From the NCBI RefSeq assembly GCF_009914755.1, contig NC_060934.1: 64,000 bases of DNA; one strand, written 5' to 3'. The notes under the pieces were generated by a model, which searched no databases, was not told the DNA's origin, and worked only from the letters and a program-made list of their open reading frames with translations. The DNA is from the human T2T-CHM13v2.0 reference genome, Homo sapiens. How positions within the stretch are numbered: position 1 is the first letter of the stretch; the number at the start of each line of letters is the position of its first letter. Positions 22,548 through 42,509 of the stretch are shown piece after piece. The position numbers and the translations under genes are program-made.

Positions 22548-25261
22548 GTAAGTAGTGAAGCTTTTCTTGTTGAGAAAGGATGTCTTCTCGGAAAGGATGA
22601 AGGACCATGAAAGACCCAGAAAGAAGAGTCTATTTGGAGTCACCCTCTCTCTCTCCTTTGGTTCCTGTGTTGCCAATAGCATATTCCTCTTCTTACCCGT
22701 GCTTTAGTGAGATGTTTCTGACACCTGATGGTTTCTCCTTCAAGCTTGCAAAAGCCAGAGTCAGGGTGCCTGTGATTTGAGAAGAGGATTCCTGTCCTTT
22801 GTCCATTAGAGTGCCAGGTGCCTTGACCTTAGCATTTGGGGTCTTTTAGAAATTGCTTATCTTTCTTGGAACTGCAAATGTTTTTAGATGCTACATTGCT
22901 AATGATCAGAGCTCCAAATATGAATTGTGTGGGCTGTGCTAAAGCTAGATGAAATGTTTGCATTTTCTTTTTTTTTTTTTTTTCCACAGAAGCAAGTAGA
23001 TTGGTATCTTAGAAGCCATGTGCTTTTGTCCTTTCTCAGAATCATTTCACCTGTCAACTCAAGACAGCTCCAGGCTGTCTCTTACTCAGCAAATCTGAAG
23101 GTGTAAATATTAATGTGGTTGGTAAAAATATGGATGCTACAGCAGTCTTGCCCTATGAATAACTTTTGCCTATTTTCCCCTAAATGATGAAAAGTGAGCA
23201 GTAGCTTTTCTAGATAAGAGGAATATTATTGCTAACCCTGCAGTGAAAGGTAGCTCTTAGTTCTAAACTGTTTCTAATATGACCCTAGATCTTTTTTTTA
23301 ATGTTTTTATGACCCTAGATCTTTATTCCCACCACCTATTTGCCTTTATTCTTTACACATCCTCAAAGCTTTCAAGCTCTTGTGTCGATTGTATTTCCTC
23401 AGGGACCTCCTGCACCTGCAGCTGATCTTGGATTTTTTTCAGGCTGGGAAATTCACATTGGTTTTTAACTCTGTATTTTGCTGAACTGTTAGCTGTGAGC
23501 CCAGGTTCTAAGAAGGAAGGGAGACTTTGCTGGTGTTGGACCTGACCTGTAGAATTATTTATAATGGTATCTCTCCAGCTGCATGTGGCAGAGCCCCACT
23601 GTGCATGGGGAGTGGGGGAGGGTGACAGTGAAGATTTTAAAGGAAATTTAAATTTCATTACAATGAACCAAAATACACTATGCAGAACAAAAAATATACA
23701 TGAATTATTTAAAAAAACAAACAAACTTAAAAGCAGACAGCATTGGCCCACATTACTTGCCCCACTCTGCCATTTGTGGCCAGAAGTCCTGAGGTCTATC
23801 TCCTGAAGTGTGCAAGATCAGGAGTTTGCTGACTTTGAGTTGTGTGAAGTCAGAAGCTACTTGAACCATGTGTGTACTGGGCTGGGGAGGAATATCTGTT
23901 CGTGTGTCTGTCAACCTATCTGTCTTTGTACACTGTGGGACTCTGAGCCTTAGCAGCAGTGAGCTGGCTTTTCTTCTGAGCAGCAGAGATGGGTCTTGGT
24001 TGAGTTTAGGCAAAAGAGTTTAGATGGTATCTGAACCCCTTGTTGGCCCTGAATCCTCCAACATCGTCACCCTTTGGAGTCAGGTTTCATGTGCAGGTTA
24101 AGACTTTTAGGAGTGGTAACAACCTCAAAGAAAATTCCATATAAACTACTTCCTCTTGAGTACAGATGTTTGATGTAAAGAACCTGTATTCATCATTCTT
24201 TGTATAAATGGTTTGGCTTCATTGTGGCAGTTTTTAATTTTCTTTCCATGTTAGTCTATTTTCAGCATCTGGCTTTTATAATCTCCATCCCTGGTTCTAA
24301 ATTCATGTTCTCTCCATCATGATTCTCATTCTTAAATGAGCACCATTCTTCTGAGCTTCTGTGAGCTCAGCTGCAGTCACTTGCCAAGTTCACATATTAT
24401 TCTATCTGTGAACTAGATAAGCAGAGTTTGGGGTGAGTGAGAACCTATTTTGCAAGCAATTTAGGTTGTACCCAAGGAGAAGCTTTCTGAGGTGGTACTA
24501 GCAATGGATGCAAAAAGAGATGGTAGAAGGTTTGCCTCAGAAGACCTTGAGGGGATAGAGAGCTGGTCTGATGTGTGGGTGTTCCCTGAGATGGGCGGCT
24601 GACGAGGTGGCTTCTTGAGGCTCCTTACAGCTGGGTGACAGTGGGGTACTTAAGTTCTCTTCAGTCACCATTGTGTTTGTTTTTCCTGCCTCTTTCCTAG
24701 TTTGGTATTCGTTACCTCTGATGTATCATTTTTAATTCTGGGACTTTTAACTCATGAAGGAAATAATCTATGTCTGGCAGCTGCAGAGCTGACCCAAATT
24801 GCCTCCTGTGTCCCAGGAAAATGTAGAACAGTGACCATATGATCCAGCAGTGTTCACTTTGTTCTGTACAAAGTAACTTGTGTGGCTGCATTTACTTTTT
24901 CTCTCCGGATTCCTTTTAAAGGTAATTTGCTACTATCGTTTGGTTGTTTGGCTCCTCAGAAATATTCTCATGTGAGAATCACTCTTGTCAAGTTTGACTT
25001 TAGTATCAAGTATATTAAAGAAATGGATGCCACTTGCTTTCTTGGTGTAAAGATTTCTCTAGAAGCCCTTTGCCATTGGAGTGAGTCCCTTTTCTTCTCT
25101 CACCACACAGTGGCTTGGGCTGAGTGGCGCTGGAGGCTGAGAATTCCCCCTTCTGTGAAGCTTGGTACACAAGGCTCCTAGAGAACATGTTTCTTTCTCA
25201 TCCTAGGCAGGCTTTGGTTACTAAACCAGCTGAAGCCCAGTTTCCCAAGTCGTATTGCTCT

Positions 25262-25588
<327 letters not shown>

Positions 25589-27580
25589 TGATCTGTGCTG
25601 GTCCTGTGAGTCTGAGCAGGGCGGGCATCTGTCTGTCTGCACCATGTTGTTAGGACTGGCTTCACAAGTTTGATAGGTCTGCTAACGCCAGATTAATTGG
25701 ACTGCATTTATGTTTAGGGGATGAAGAGAGATGGGGGGGGTCACTTTTGGAAAGGATTCCTTTTCTTACTGATTTTGTGGCCATCGCTGGAAACCCCTTG
25801 GGAAGCCGTGAATGCATCTCTCAATGACTTCCAGGTCAGGAACCATGGTAGACCATTACGAGGTCACCTGGCCTGACCATTGAGCTTTGCCTGCTCCCAA
25901 CTGACCCCTCACTGATGGCTCAGGGAGAGTTGATGAGGGGGAGAGGCAGCTTTATAGGGCAGGGTCTCTGGGGGAGGACTGCTTGCTGCCCTGCACTTGG
26001 CTATGTGGCAGATGCTGGCCTTGATGGGAGTCCACAGAAAATGGGGCCTCACTGACTGCTTGTCCAGGTATCTCAGTGGGAGGGAATGGGAGTGGGAAAT
26101 GGAGTACTCAAGGCCACAAGACAGGCCGCCATAGAACTTTGGCCTTGGGGAATGAACCAAAGCTAGTTTGGAGAGTAGGGTGATTGGGGTGATCACTTTT
26201 CCCTTTAAAGGTGGCATGCTGCAAGAAGAAAGGCTTTGAAGAGTGATGGGTAGTCACTAACCATGGCACTATGCTATCTTCTAACCAACGTGATGGGGTC
26301 CTGGAATGATCCTAGGTCTGCACTAGAAGAGGTAGACCCAGAGGACCTTGTCTAACATACCCCTTGCTTCTTGACTTCTTCCCATACCTGCGTTCTCTCC
26401 GGCCTCAATTACTGCCTGAGATGTTACACCCTTCCAGCATAAATGATGAACCGCTTCATGGTGCCTGTAGAGGCCTCTTGCAGAGCACCCTGCAGTGGTA
26501 TGGTTTGTGTATGCCTCACTGCACTGTAGAGAAATGAAGAGCATGAGGGGAAAAATGAGTAGGGCCTGGACTTTTAGCTAGTTTTGAACACTGCAGTTGC
26601 TATGACTTGGGGTTGTTAGCAGCCAAAAGAGGAGCTTTCATGAGAGGGCACAGAATACATAACTTGTCTGTTTCTTTACTATGACCCATGAGGGTTTTAG
26701 TAAACCAAAATGCCAAGTCTAAGATAAACTGCCATTCCTTGGAGTGAGGGTTCCATTTACAGCCTGAATCACGACTTTTATTTTCCTAATGCCTTCTCTT
26801 GCATTCTCTTAGCTGAAGGTTCCTTTAACTGGAGTCTTCACTTAGCTGAGGGGACTGAAGAATTGATTCTTTACCCTTTTACGTGGGAAAAATTAAAGCA
26901 ACATGTTCGTTCAGGCTGACAGGACAAATAAGAGGCAGTAGAGGGATAGCCAGAGCAGGCTAGATCAGAAAATATCTTTTTTTTTTTTTCCCTCACCCAG
27001 CTGAGAATAGTTACTTGGGTTTGAAATTCTAGTTAAGTAGCAAGAACGCTTGGCTGCTATTTGCAACAAGGGTAAGCATGAAGAGGGTGATTTCAGCATC
27101 TGGAAAGGCTCCTCTGTATTTTTCCCCTCAGGCCAGCTCTACTGCTTTCTCCCTATAGAAATGAAAGTGCCTGTTTAACCAGCTCCTTGGCCCTGTCCCC
27201 AGTTTATTGATATGATTAACCTGGAGATGCCAAAGTGCTTGTTCAGTGCTGTGCCTGGGGTGCACATCTTGCCCTTTTAGACTAATATCTGGGTCTTCCT
27301 TTTTTTTAGTCAGGAAATGTCTCTCTCCCTCTCCTTTCCCCCTCCTCTCTCCTCTCTCTTTGTTTCTCACACTGAGTGCTTGGGCGAGTGCCCTGTCTCA
27401 TTCTTTTTTTTTCTTCCAGTGCTATCCGTATCACTCAAGAACGGCCCTTTTCTCCTCTTCTCACCCTTCCGGAGGGATGCTAAGGTGGCAAGCTCCCTCC
27501 TCTTCTCTGTGCTTCTCCTTCCTTCCTTAATATGGCCAGAGCGTGGGCAGAGCTCACACTGTATCTTTGCTTCCCTCTAG

Positions 27581-27892
<312 letters not shown>

Positions 27893-28191
27893 TAGGTAAG
27901 GGAGAAAGAGGCACTTCACCGGGGACAGAAATAGCAGAAAGGGAAAAAAACAAATGTACTGGGAAAGACAGATTCAGGAAAGGTTACTTCCTAATCAAAT
28001 GAATGCTTCCATTTCTGGAGAAATGGATTGTACTGACCCTAGGGGAAAAAACAAGTGGAATTCTGCTGCTTATTTATCGAGTGCCTTTTCTGTGCCAGCC
28101 ACTGGGAATACAGAGGTAGGTAAGTCTTGCCTTCAAGGAGCTTGTGGGCAAGGCAAACAGAGAAACATACCAAATTAAACTTTCTCTTTAG

Positions 28192-28350
<159 letters not shown>

Positions 28351-28480
28351 TAATTTAACTCTGCTTTGGGGAAATTTTACCCCTTAATTGAGTATCGAGT
28401 ATTCAGTATGTGGGATGCACTCAGACTGTCTCAGGAGGGGAAAGTCTGTGTTGGATAGATACATCAGAAATTTGGAATTG

Positions 28481-31056
<2,576 letters not shown>

Positions 31057-31396
31057 GAATGAGCAGGGAAATCCTCACCAAGGTGACAAGTGAGCAAAGA
31101 TCTGAAGGTGAGGGGATCCCTGGGATCCCTGGGGAAAGAGCAGTCCAGGTACAGGAAACAGCAAGTCCTGAGGGAGAAGCATGTTTGAAGACCAAGAAAG
31201 AGGACATGCTGTAAGCTATCTGAAGCCACAGTATACAATCAGCGATGGCCAGTTTTGGGTTCTTTTTGGTGATCTGGGAAAACCCCTAGTGATGCAAGCA
31301 AATATGGGGGATGCCAGGTACCAGTGGGGTTAGCTGCATCCCACTCCTGGCTGAAACCTATTTTAGAGACAGGCCTGCATCAGGGACCCTGGGTAA

Positions 31397-31567
<171 letters not shown>

Positions 31568-33560
31568 GCACCTGGCTGAGCCTGGCTGGCACAGAAACCT
31601 CTACTAAAAAGAAGGAAAATGATCTGAGTCCCAGGAGCTGCCCAGAGTTGCTGGGAGCTGAAAAATCACATCCTGGCCTGGCACATCAGAAAGGAATGGG
31701 GGCCTCTTCAAATTAGAAGACATTTATACTCTTTTTTCATGGACACTTTGAAATGTGTTTCTGTATAAAGCCTGTATTCTCAAACACAGTTACACTTGTG
31801 CACCCTCTATCCCAATAGGCAGACTGGGTTTCTAGCCCATGGACTTCACATAAGCTCAGAATCCAAGTGAACACTAGCCAGACACTCTGCTCTGCCCTTG
31901 TTCCCTAGGGGACACTTCCCTCTGTTTCTCTTTCCTTGGCTCCCATTCACTCTTCCAGAATCCCAAGACCCAGGGCCCAGGCAAATCAGTTACTAAGAAG
32001 AAAATTGCTGTGCCTCCCAAAATTGTTTTGAGCTTTCCATGTTGCTGCCAACCATACCTTCCTTCCCTGGGCTGTGCTACCTGGGTCCTTTTCAGAAGTG
32101 AGCTTTGCTGCTACAGGGGAAGGTGGCCTCTGTGGAGCCCCAGCATATGGGGGCCTGGATTCATTTCCTGCCCTTCCTCAGTTTAATCCTTCTAGTTTCC
32201 CACAATATAAAACTGTACTTCACTGTCAGGAAGAAATCACAGAATCATATGATTCTGCTTTTACCATGCCCCTGAGCAATGTCTGTGCTAGGGAAACTTC
32301 CCGTCCCATATCCTGCCTCAGCCCGCCAAGGTAGCCATCCCATGAACACACTGTGTCCTGGTGCTCTCTGCCACTGGAAGGGCAGAGTAGCCAGGGTGTG
32401 GCCCTGCCATCTTCCCAGCAGGGCCACTCCCGGCACTCCATGCTTAGTCACTGCCTGCAGAGGTCTGTGCTGAGGCCTTATCATTCATTCTTAGCTCTTA
32501 ATTGTTCATTTTGAGCTGAAATGCTGCATTTTAATTTTAACCAAAACATGTCTCCTATATCCTGGTTTTTGTAGCCTTCCTCCACATCCTTTCTAAACAA
32601 GATTTTAAAGACATGTAGGTGTTTGTTCATCTGTAACTCTAAAAGATCCTTTTTAAATTCAGTCCTAAGAAAGAGGAGTGCTTGTCCCCTAAGAGTGTTT
32701 AATGGCAAGGCAGCCCTGTCTGAAGGACACTTCCTGCCTAAGGGAGAGTGGTATTTGCAGACTAGAATTCTAGTGCTGCTGAAGATGAATCAATGGGAAA
32801 TACTACTCCTGTAATTCCTACCTCCCTGCAACCAACTACAACCAAGCTCTCTGCATCTACTCCCAAGTATGGGGTTCAAGAGAGTAATGGGTTTCATATT
32901 TCTTATCACCACAGTAAGTTCCTACTAGGCAAAATGAGAGGGCAGTGTTTCCTTTTTGGTACTTATTACTGCTAAGTATTTCCCAGCACATGAAACCTTA
33001 TTTTTTCCCAAAGCCAGAACCAGATGAGTAAAGGAGTAAGAACCTTGCCTGAACATCCTTCCTTCCCACCCATCGCTGTGTGTTAGTTCCCAACATCGAA
33101 TGTGTACAACTTAAGTTGGTCCTTTACACTCAGGCTTTCACTATTTCCTTTAAAATGAGGATGATTATTTTCAAGGCCCTCAGCATATTTGTATAGTTGC
33201 TTGCCTGATATAAATGCAATATTAATGCCTTTAAAGTATGAATCTATGCCAAAGATCACTTGTTGTTTTACTAAAGAAAGATTACTTAGAGGAAATAAGA
33301 AAAATCATGTTTGCTCTCCCGGTTCTTCCAGTGGTTTGAGACACTGGTTTACACTTTATGCCGGATGTGCTTTTCTCCAATATCAGTGCTCGAGACACAG
33401 TGAAGCAAATTAAAAAAAAAAAAAAAAAAAAAATCCCTGAATGATGATTAGAGACATCACCGCTAAAAAACTACATTTATAAGCTAGGATTTGTTATATG
33501 CAAATATTTTCTGCCTCTTCTTTTGTTCTGTTTAAAACAATAAAATGCATTTGTATAAAA
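31568..33560 (+). other. VCL: VCL 3' UTR (~2 kb)
   Basis: Runs from stop codon to AATAAA at 33539-33544; Alu-free; end approximate. Confidence 0.8.
33539..33544 (+). terminator. VCL: VCL polyadenylation signal AATAAA
   Basis: Canonical hexamer at expected UTR length, U-rich context. Confidence 0.8.
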
Positions 33561-33673
33561 AATGCTTTAAATGATGGATATGTTACTTTAGCAAGAACTT
33601 TTAGGTCAGGTTTCTCCTTTGTTTTGATGAATAGTCAATGAAACTAATCCTCAAGATCTGGAAACTAAAGATT

Positions 33674-33679
33674 TTTATT
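33674..33679 (-). terminator. AP3M1: AP3M1 distal polyadenylation signal (AATAAA on - strand)
   Basis: tttatt on + strand; further copy at 33829-33834. Confidence 0.6.
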
Positions 33680-33854
33680 TAATCCAAATGTTGCACTGGA
33701 AGAAGAAATCAACAGTGGTATATTTACTTAACAAGGATGTGTGTAATACAAGACAACCCTGGGGATTACACACTTGAAGGAATGGAAGTGGCAAAGGTTA
33801 ACAGGCAGAAAGCAGCTGGATGAAACAGTTTATTTTCATCTTAGAAGATTCTAG

Positions 33855-34259
<405 letters not shown>

Positions 34260-35180
34260 TAAATAGGGTTTTCAGGGATCCACCAGGGCTATAAAACAGA
34301 GTTAGCTTTTGGGGACATAGTCCTCTTCTTCCTTAAAGAAACACTGACTAAAATAGTAGGAGCAGGTTTTTAGAGTAGAGTTGGGACATCACTTTTTGCC
34401 TGATTTTCTAGATCTGAAAGGGGTAACATGTCATTAAAGGGTGATGATATTGATATTTAGTGTTGCCAACTGCTATTATCACTGCTTTATCTTGGAAAGT
34501 TGCCGACTATAAAGACAGATTCCAGCCTGCTTGAGTTAAGGGAAAGGCCAAGGCTGCTACTGAATTAGCAGTTTCTAAAACTGTCTTGTTTTTGCCATTT
34601 ACCATATGTTCACTGGTGCTGCCTTCCTGCTGTAGTATAATCATTTTCTCAAATCAGTTGCCTCTCAGGACAAGATCAGCATTTTCCTAGGGTCCTTCTG
34701 TAGCACCACTTAAGGAATGAACCTATCACAGGAACTCCCTTTGAATAAAATGATGGTGACTCCCACACGCAGGAAAGAATCATTTACTTCATTTGCTCTT
34801 GATATACTCCCTTATGAATTTAGAACAAGTGATCCAGGATTAGCTGTAACTCTGTGCTTGAAAAATATTTTACTACTACTAAGTATTCAGAAATCTTTGT
34901 TATCAGTAGGTGGTGGTAGTGATAGGGAAGGGAGCTTTGATCACTAATCTCTCAGACTGTGGCCAGAATGGTGATGCTTAAGCCAAGTATTAATGGCTAT
35001 TAACATACTGAGGTTAGGGAAGGAGTACTGAGAAGTGCTTTGCAGCAACACTCGCAGCTTGTGTGATGATGCAGAAGAAAATCTGATCATGTTCACCCTG
35101 CTTTGACAATGAGCCTTGCCCATTGGAGAATGTTCAATCAATAGTAGACCTAAAAAAAATCAACTTGTTGCTTTCATCTT

Positions 35181-35186
35181 TTTATT
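35181..35186 (-). terminator. AP3M1: AP3M1 candidate proximal polyadenylation signal
   Basis: tttatt on + strand followed (on -) by GU/U-rich downstream sequence. Confidence 0.55.
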
Positions 35187-37213
35187 GATAGCACAGCCAG
35201 AGCTACCAAAATGATTTACTGGATTCTAGCAAATTAATAAATACAGTAATTTGATTGTAAAAGGAAACATTCTACTTGGACATTTTAGTAGAAATTGCTA
35301 GAGGGAAGGAGCTCCTGGCATACATTCTACTTGGATAGAAGAGAAGATAGCACAGGAGGAGAACTGGACAGTCCAGGTATAGATTGTTGAGATTAGGGAT
35401 TCAGCAGAAAGCAAAGCAAATGTTCTCATTGTTCTTTTGAGGTACGAACTCTGAAGAGTCAAGACATTAAAAATAAAAAGCAATTGAACCGGGTAGCCAA
35501 ACTTAGGCAAAAGGAATAAATATTTGGCAACATTTTGACTTTAACTGCCAATCTGAGATTAGTTTCTTCAGAAATTTGGAAGCTGCAAAACGTTGCCTTT
35601 CTTATTCCATGAAAGGCAGGGCAGGCAAAGGTAAGAAAACTGCTGAGTGGGCTCCTTGTACCAGCACCAACCAGCAGCCCTTGACAGCATAGATGGGATG
35701 AGTGTAAGGGCTATCCTTAGCATAAGGGAAAGACGGTTATAAGCTGAGAAGATTGAAAGAAGAATGGAGCCACAAAGAGAATAGCATAAATAACAAGAAG
35801 GAAACATGAAGAACAAGCACTTAAGATATTAACTTTCAGTCTTTCTCCATTTCTTGATGTCTAATGAGGCAAAATAACTGGGCAAGGACCACCAAGATGA
35901 AGAAGTTAAATAAAATGTCACAATGAAATTGAGTGCAATAATACAACTGTTGACTGACTTTCCAAAACCACGGTGATCGGTAGAGTATCATCAATGTTAC
36001 CGAGGATTTTGTTTCTGCCTCATTATAACTCACTTCCATGTATTTTGTCAGTATAGTACGTATATTTAAGCACTCCAGTGACAATTATGACAATAGTTTC
36101 TGGAAGAAATCTATGACTATAGCTTTGGGAAGCACACAATATGAAAAGGGAATTTCCCCTAAAGACAAGGAATGCAGACAAATTCAAACCCTTAAGAACA
36201 ACAACAAAAAAGATTTAAAAAGACTGATGACTGTGAGGCAGGCACATTTTCCTCCTTTTGCTGAACTGGGGCATGAGGCATTTAGGTTAACCATGGCTTA
36301 ACTGGTGTTGGGTAAGCTTTATATTATAAAACATGAAGATGGCAAAGGTTTCACTTAAGTTTTTCTTTTACTACTTTAATTTGCTTAAAAGCACAAATGC
36401 TTGTGCTTGCAGTAACTTCCTAAAAGCAGAAGTAATGTTCCCTTTTACTACCTTAATAAAGCATTTGCCCCTTTGATACAAATGATTTTTTTACTGTGCT
36501 AACAGCTGAACCAGTGGCACAAAATTGAGATGGTATTTACTGCAGCAAGGTCCCTGTAAATCAAATTCTAAGCTTTACATAAAAATCTTATTTATAAAAA
36601 ATACAATACCAAGTACAGTGAGAATGGAGCATGGAGCAGCAGTGCTCCCTGCCAGGGCCATGTGGAAGTGGCTTTTGCTACAGTGCTTGCTTAATGGCAC
36701 AAGTGAAAAGCTGAATAAGGCAAACACTTGAAGAGGCAGTTTTCTGTAAACTTCTGGGGGTGGGGGGAATTTCCTCTCTTGGGACAGATACTGGTTTGGG
36801 ATGGCTAAGATCAGAAGGTGTGATATTTGGCTGCACCTGACACATCACAGATTTAAGATAGCTTCTGCTGGATGAGACCAGTTAACTCTTTTAGGAGAGA
36901 GGTTATCACTACAGCTTTCTGCCTTTACTGTTACAATGTGCAGCCGCCAGATGGTATCCTCCTATGGAAAAAAATCACCTCCAAAATCTTCCTAAGTGAA
37001 AAGATACAAAATAAGCTAAGTCACTAAAAGGTTTCCTTAGCTTAAAGCTCCTTAAGAATCCTACATTGATAACTAAGTAACTTTGTTAGCGGTGTGTAGC
37101 TAGACACAAATGCTTTAACTAGAATATGTATTCCCACTCACTTGGTACCTAATAGTGATACATCGTAATGACACTTGGAAAACAAACTGGTCCTGAGGAA
37201 TTTTGGCCTCTTC

Positions 37214-37314
37214 TCATGTCCTCACTTGGAACTTTCCAGCTTTCGTGACGTATTTGACTCCTTTAAATGGCTTATATTTCTCCCCATACATGTCCAAACG
37301 GTTTACTTTTAAGC
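37214..37314 (-). CDS. AP3M1: AP-3 mu-1 last coding exon (GLKVNRLDMYG...FQVRT*)
   Basis: cag| acceptor; TGA at 37216-37214; 101 nt. Confidence 0.96.
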
Positions 37315-37783
37315 CTGTATCAAAAAGAATGAAAAAGAATAAATTATCATCATCCCAACCAATATAATGTTAGCAATGAGCGCTATATGGTAAATCTGAC
37401 ATTAACCAGTGTCCCTTCCACCATTTGGAAGAAATGTCTCTTCTATCATTTACAAATTATTGCACTTTGATGGTATGGTTTTGGTTAAGATTCCCACACA
37501 GGCAGGGAATGTCTGTGAAGTATAATTCTACTTTCTGTGAATATGAATAACTCTCTTTTTGGTGCTTAAATGAGGGCGGAGGTGAGGGGAAGCTGTTTGA
37601 AATAAGGTGCTCTGAAAAATCATTTGGTCGGTGCCTGTGAGACTGCCCCACCAAGCACAGTATAAAAGGCAAATGGGCTACTGCTCTTTCTAGAGAAGGA
37701 AACTTTTGTTACTCTTCTAAATGCCTAATAAATGAGCTTGCAAAACTCAATTACCCTTAACTACAAGTCAACCTTATCCTTAC

Positions 37784-37928
37784 CTGAAATAGCAAGCTGC
37801 TGGATCTTAAACTGTATGTTGAGGCTCGGATTCTCTTCTGGTTTGGGGGCTCCAGACTGTAAATTTACCAGTCCTTTAAGACTTGGGAGCTTTTGTGGAG
37901 TAATTTTTCCCACATCCCATGTTAGTAC
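37784..37928 (-). CDS. AP3M1: AP-3 mu-1 coding exon 7 (VLTWDVGK...QLAIS)
   Basis: aag|, |gtaagg, 145 nt. Confidence 0.96.
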
Positions 37929-38385
37929 CTTAAAAAGACAAAAAATGAAAAACAAATAGAACCATTTATTAAAGACAAACCCTCAAAAACAAAGTTCAAA
38001 GATATCATAAACTTCTGTACAAACTGAAGTGCAGTCTCTTGAAAACAAGAGATCTGGCATCTACAGTGAGTTTACCTCTGATTAATTCTGTGACTTTGAA
38101 TGGGGAGTGAGAGCAGAGAATCTACATTTGTTGAGCATTTTCTTTTGTATTAGCACCGTGCTTAGCATTATTCATATGTTGTCTCATTGAGGGCTGTGAA
38201 GTAGCTTTTGTCTTCTATTTACAAATGAGGAAATTAAAGCTCAGAGGACATTAAGGCTCAGAGATCAAATGACTCGCTCAAGGTCACATAGTTAGTCAGA
38301 GGTAAGGCTGGGATTTGAACCTAAGGCCCTCTGATTTCAAATGTTCTCCATCATAACCATCTTCACTTTTCTCTGGGCCTGTTTC

Positions 38386-38682
<297 letters not shown>

Positions 38683-39551
38683 TCTGTTTATTTTTCTGTA
38701 AAATAATTAGATTGACTTAAGATGGTGTTTTTAAAACTTTTAGCTGTGAAACCCATTGTTCAAATGAAATCTTCGGTGTGAAGGCTCAACAGCAGATGAG
38801 AAAGAAAGCAAAGCTGTCATAGTTGAAGCTGTGGTAAAGGGCCAGGAATCTGAAGCTCCCTTTCTCAGCCCTGTGTGGTCTCCAGGAGGAGGTTCTTTGA
38901 ATCCTTACAACTGTATTAAATAATCTTTAACATTCTATGATGTTATTCAAAAAACATGTCTTTTCATTTATCAGGTAGCTCAATGACTCTGCTATTGAAA
39001 ACAATCATATTTACCAGCTAATCAGGAAGCTGAGAGAAAATCATCTGCTACAGTTTCTCTGAAAACCCTCTGTTACACAAAAATTTAAGTAGAGTGAGGA
39101 AGCAACTTTCCTAGCCCTGTGAAAGAGTATGAAATAATGCTTTTAAATTATAAAGGAAGAAAAAGGTCTTAGTGATCAATTTATATAGAAAACTTAGTAA
39201 TTCATAGACCATCATAATATCTTCTTCAATCTACATAATGTTTTCTCTTTTTAAAAAAGCTTTTACTTCTTTCTTATTAGATAGCAGAGTCAGGCTCTGG
39301 ATTAATAATGGATGAGTGAAGGCACACTCTGAAAAAGGACAGAATGACACATTTTTCTGTTCATCTACTCAGTAGCAGCTGCAGGATTCCTTCTGCAGCC
39401 AGTGGCAGAAGCACAGCACAGTATGCTCTCTAGGTTTTGATACGAACTTTAGTTTTAAACAAGGTGCCAAACCTTTCCCTCCATTCCTCCCCACAAATCA
39501 CAAAATAGATTGCAGAAACACTTGCTCACTCTTGATTTGAAGTGGCTGTAC

Positions 39552-39759
39552 CTTGGTGACTGGATCAAATGTATAGCTGCCTTGTGTGGGTGTCAGGTTC
39601 ATGTTCAGCACAACTTTTGGCATGTGAACTGTCACTGTAATTCCTTCAATAGTTTTCCCCATATTCTGCTTTGGTCCAATTGTTATATCAAATCTGCCGC
39701 AAGAACTGTTCTCCTTAAAGCTGATACTATGTTTCACATACACTGGTATTGCCACTAGA
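39552..39759 (-). CDS. AP3M1: AP-3 mu-1 coding exon 6 (LVAIPVYV...DPVTK)
   Basis: tag|, |gtacag, 208 nt. Confidence 0.96.
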
Positions 39760-39888
39760 CTAAAAAGAGAAACAGAGAAAGATACAAAAGCACAAACACA
39801 ATTAATGGTGTGGGGAGAGCTCCAGAGGTATCCTGAAAACCTCTGTCCAGAGTATCCTACCCTGCCTTTAACTCCACAATAAGGTACT

Positions 39889-40627
<739 letters not shown>

Positions 40628-40720
40628 CCTCTAGAACTGCAGATTCAGTATCTACACAAGGGGGAGCTGAGTACAGCATAATGTTCTTGTACCACTGTGC
40701 TGGGAACTGTATACAAATCA

Positions 40721-41940
<1,220 letters not shown>

Positions 41941-42509
41941 CCTCAATGCTAAACAGTTCCTTAAAAACTCAACGCAGAGAAGACGTACTTGAAGCAGGTA
42001 AATTGGGGAATGTCCTCACGAACTACAGGTAGGTCTGTCTCCTTGTTGGCCACAAACTCTACAGACTATGGTAAGATTATGGCAATGGTTCATGGTTTTG
42101 CCCAGGTTATGCATGGTCCGTTTTGCTCTGCTTGCAAAGTACTCAGCTTTCAGAAGCAGAGCAAAATGGACTATGCATAACCTGAGCAAAGAACCAGTGC
42201 CATAATTTGACCATGCATAACCTTGCAAAGGACCGGTACCACAATTTTTGCCCAGGTTATGTATGGTTTGCTTGTTCTTGGCTATAGATTTTACTCTAGT
42301 CTCACTTAGTACCACTCTACACTCATACATTCAAAGTATACGGATTATTTTAGGTGCGTATTTTCACCCGTTCTCACTGGGTCTCCTGGTGAGCTATGGT
42401 TAAAGTGAGCAGTGATGACCTCAAGTACTCAACTTTCAGAAAGAAACAGGGAAAGGTGAGTTGTACTTGATATGTATGATGGCAGATTCTGGCTGATGCA
42501 TCAACATAC

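Noticed and set aside
42068-42267. Repeated ~22-bp motif considered as a CRISPR-like array
   Set aside because: Copies are inverted and irregularly spaced, the context is human, and there are no cas genes
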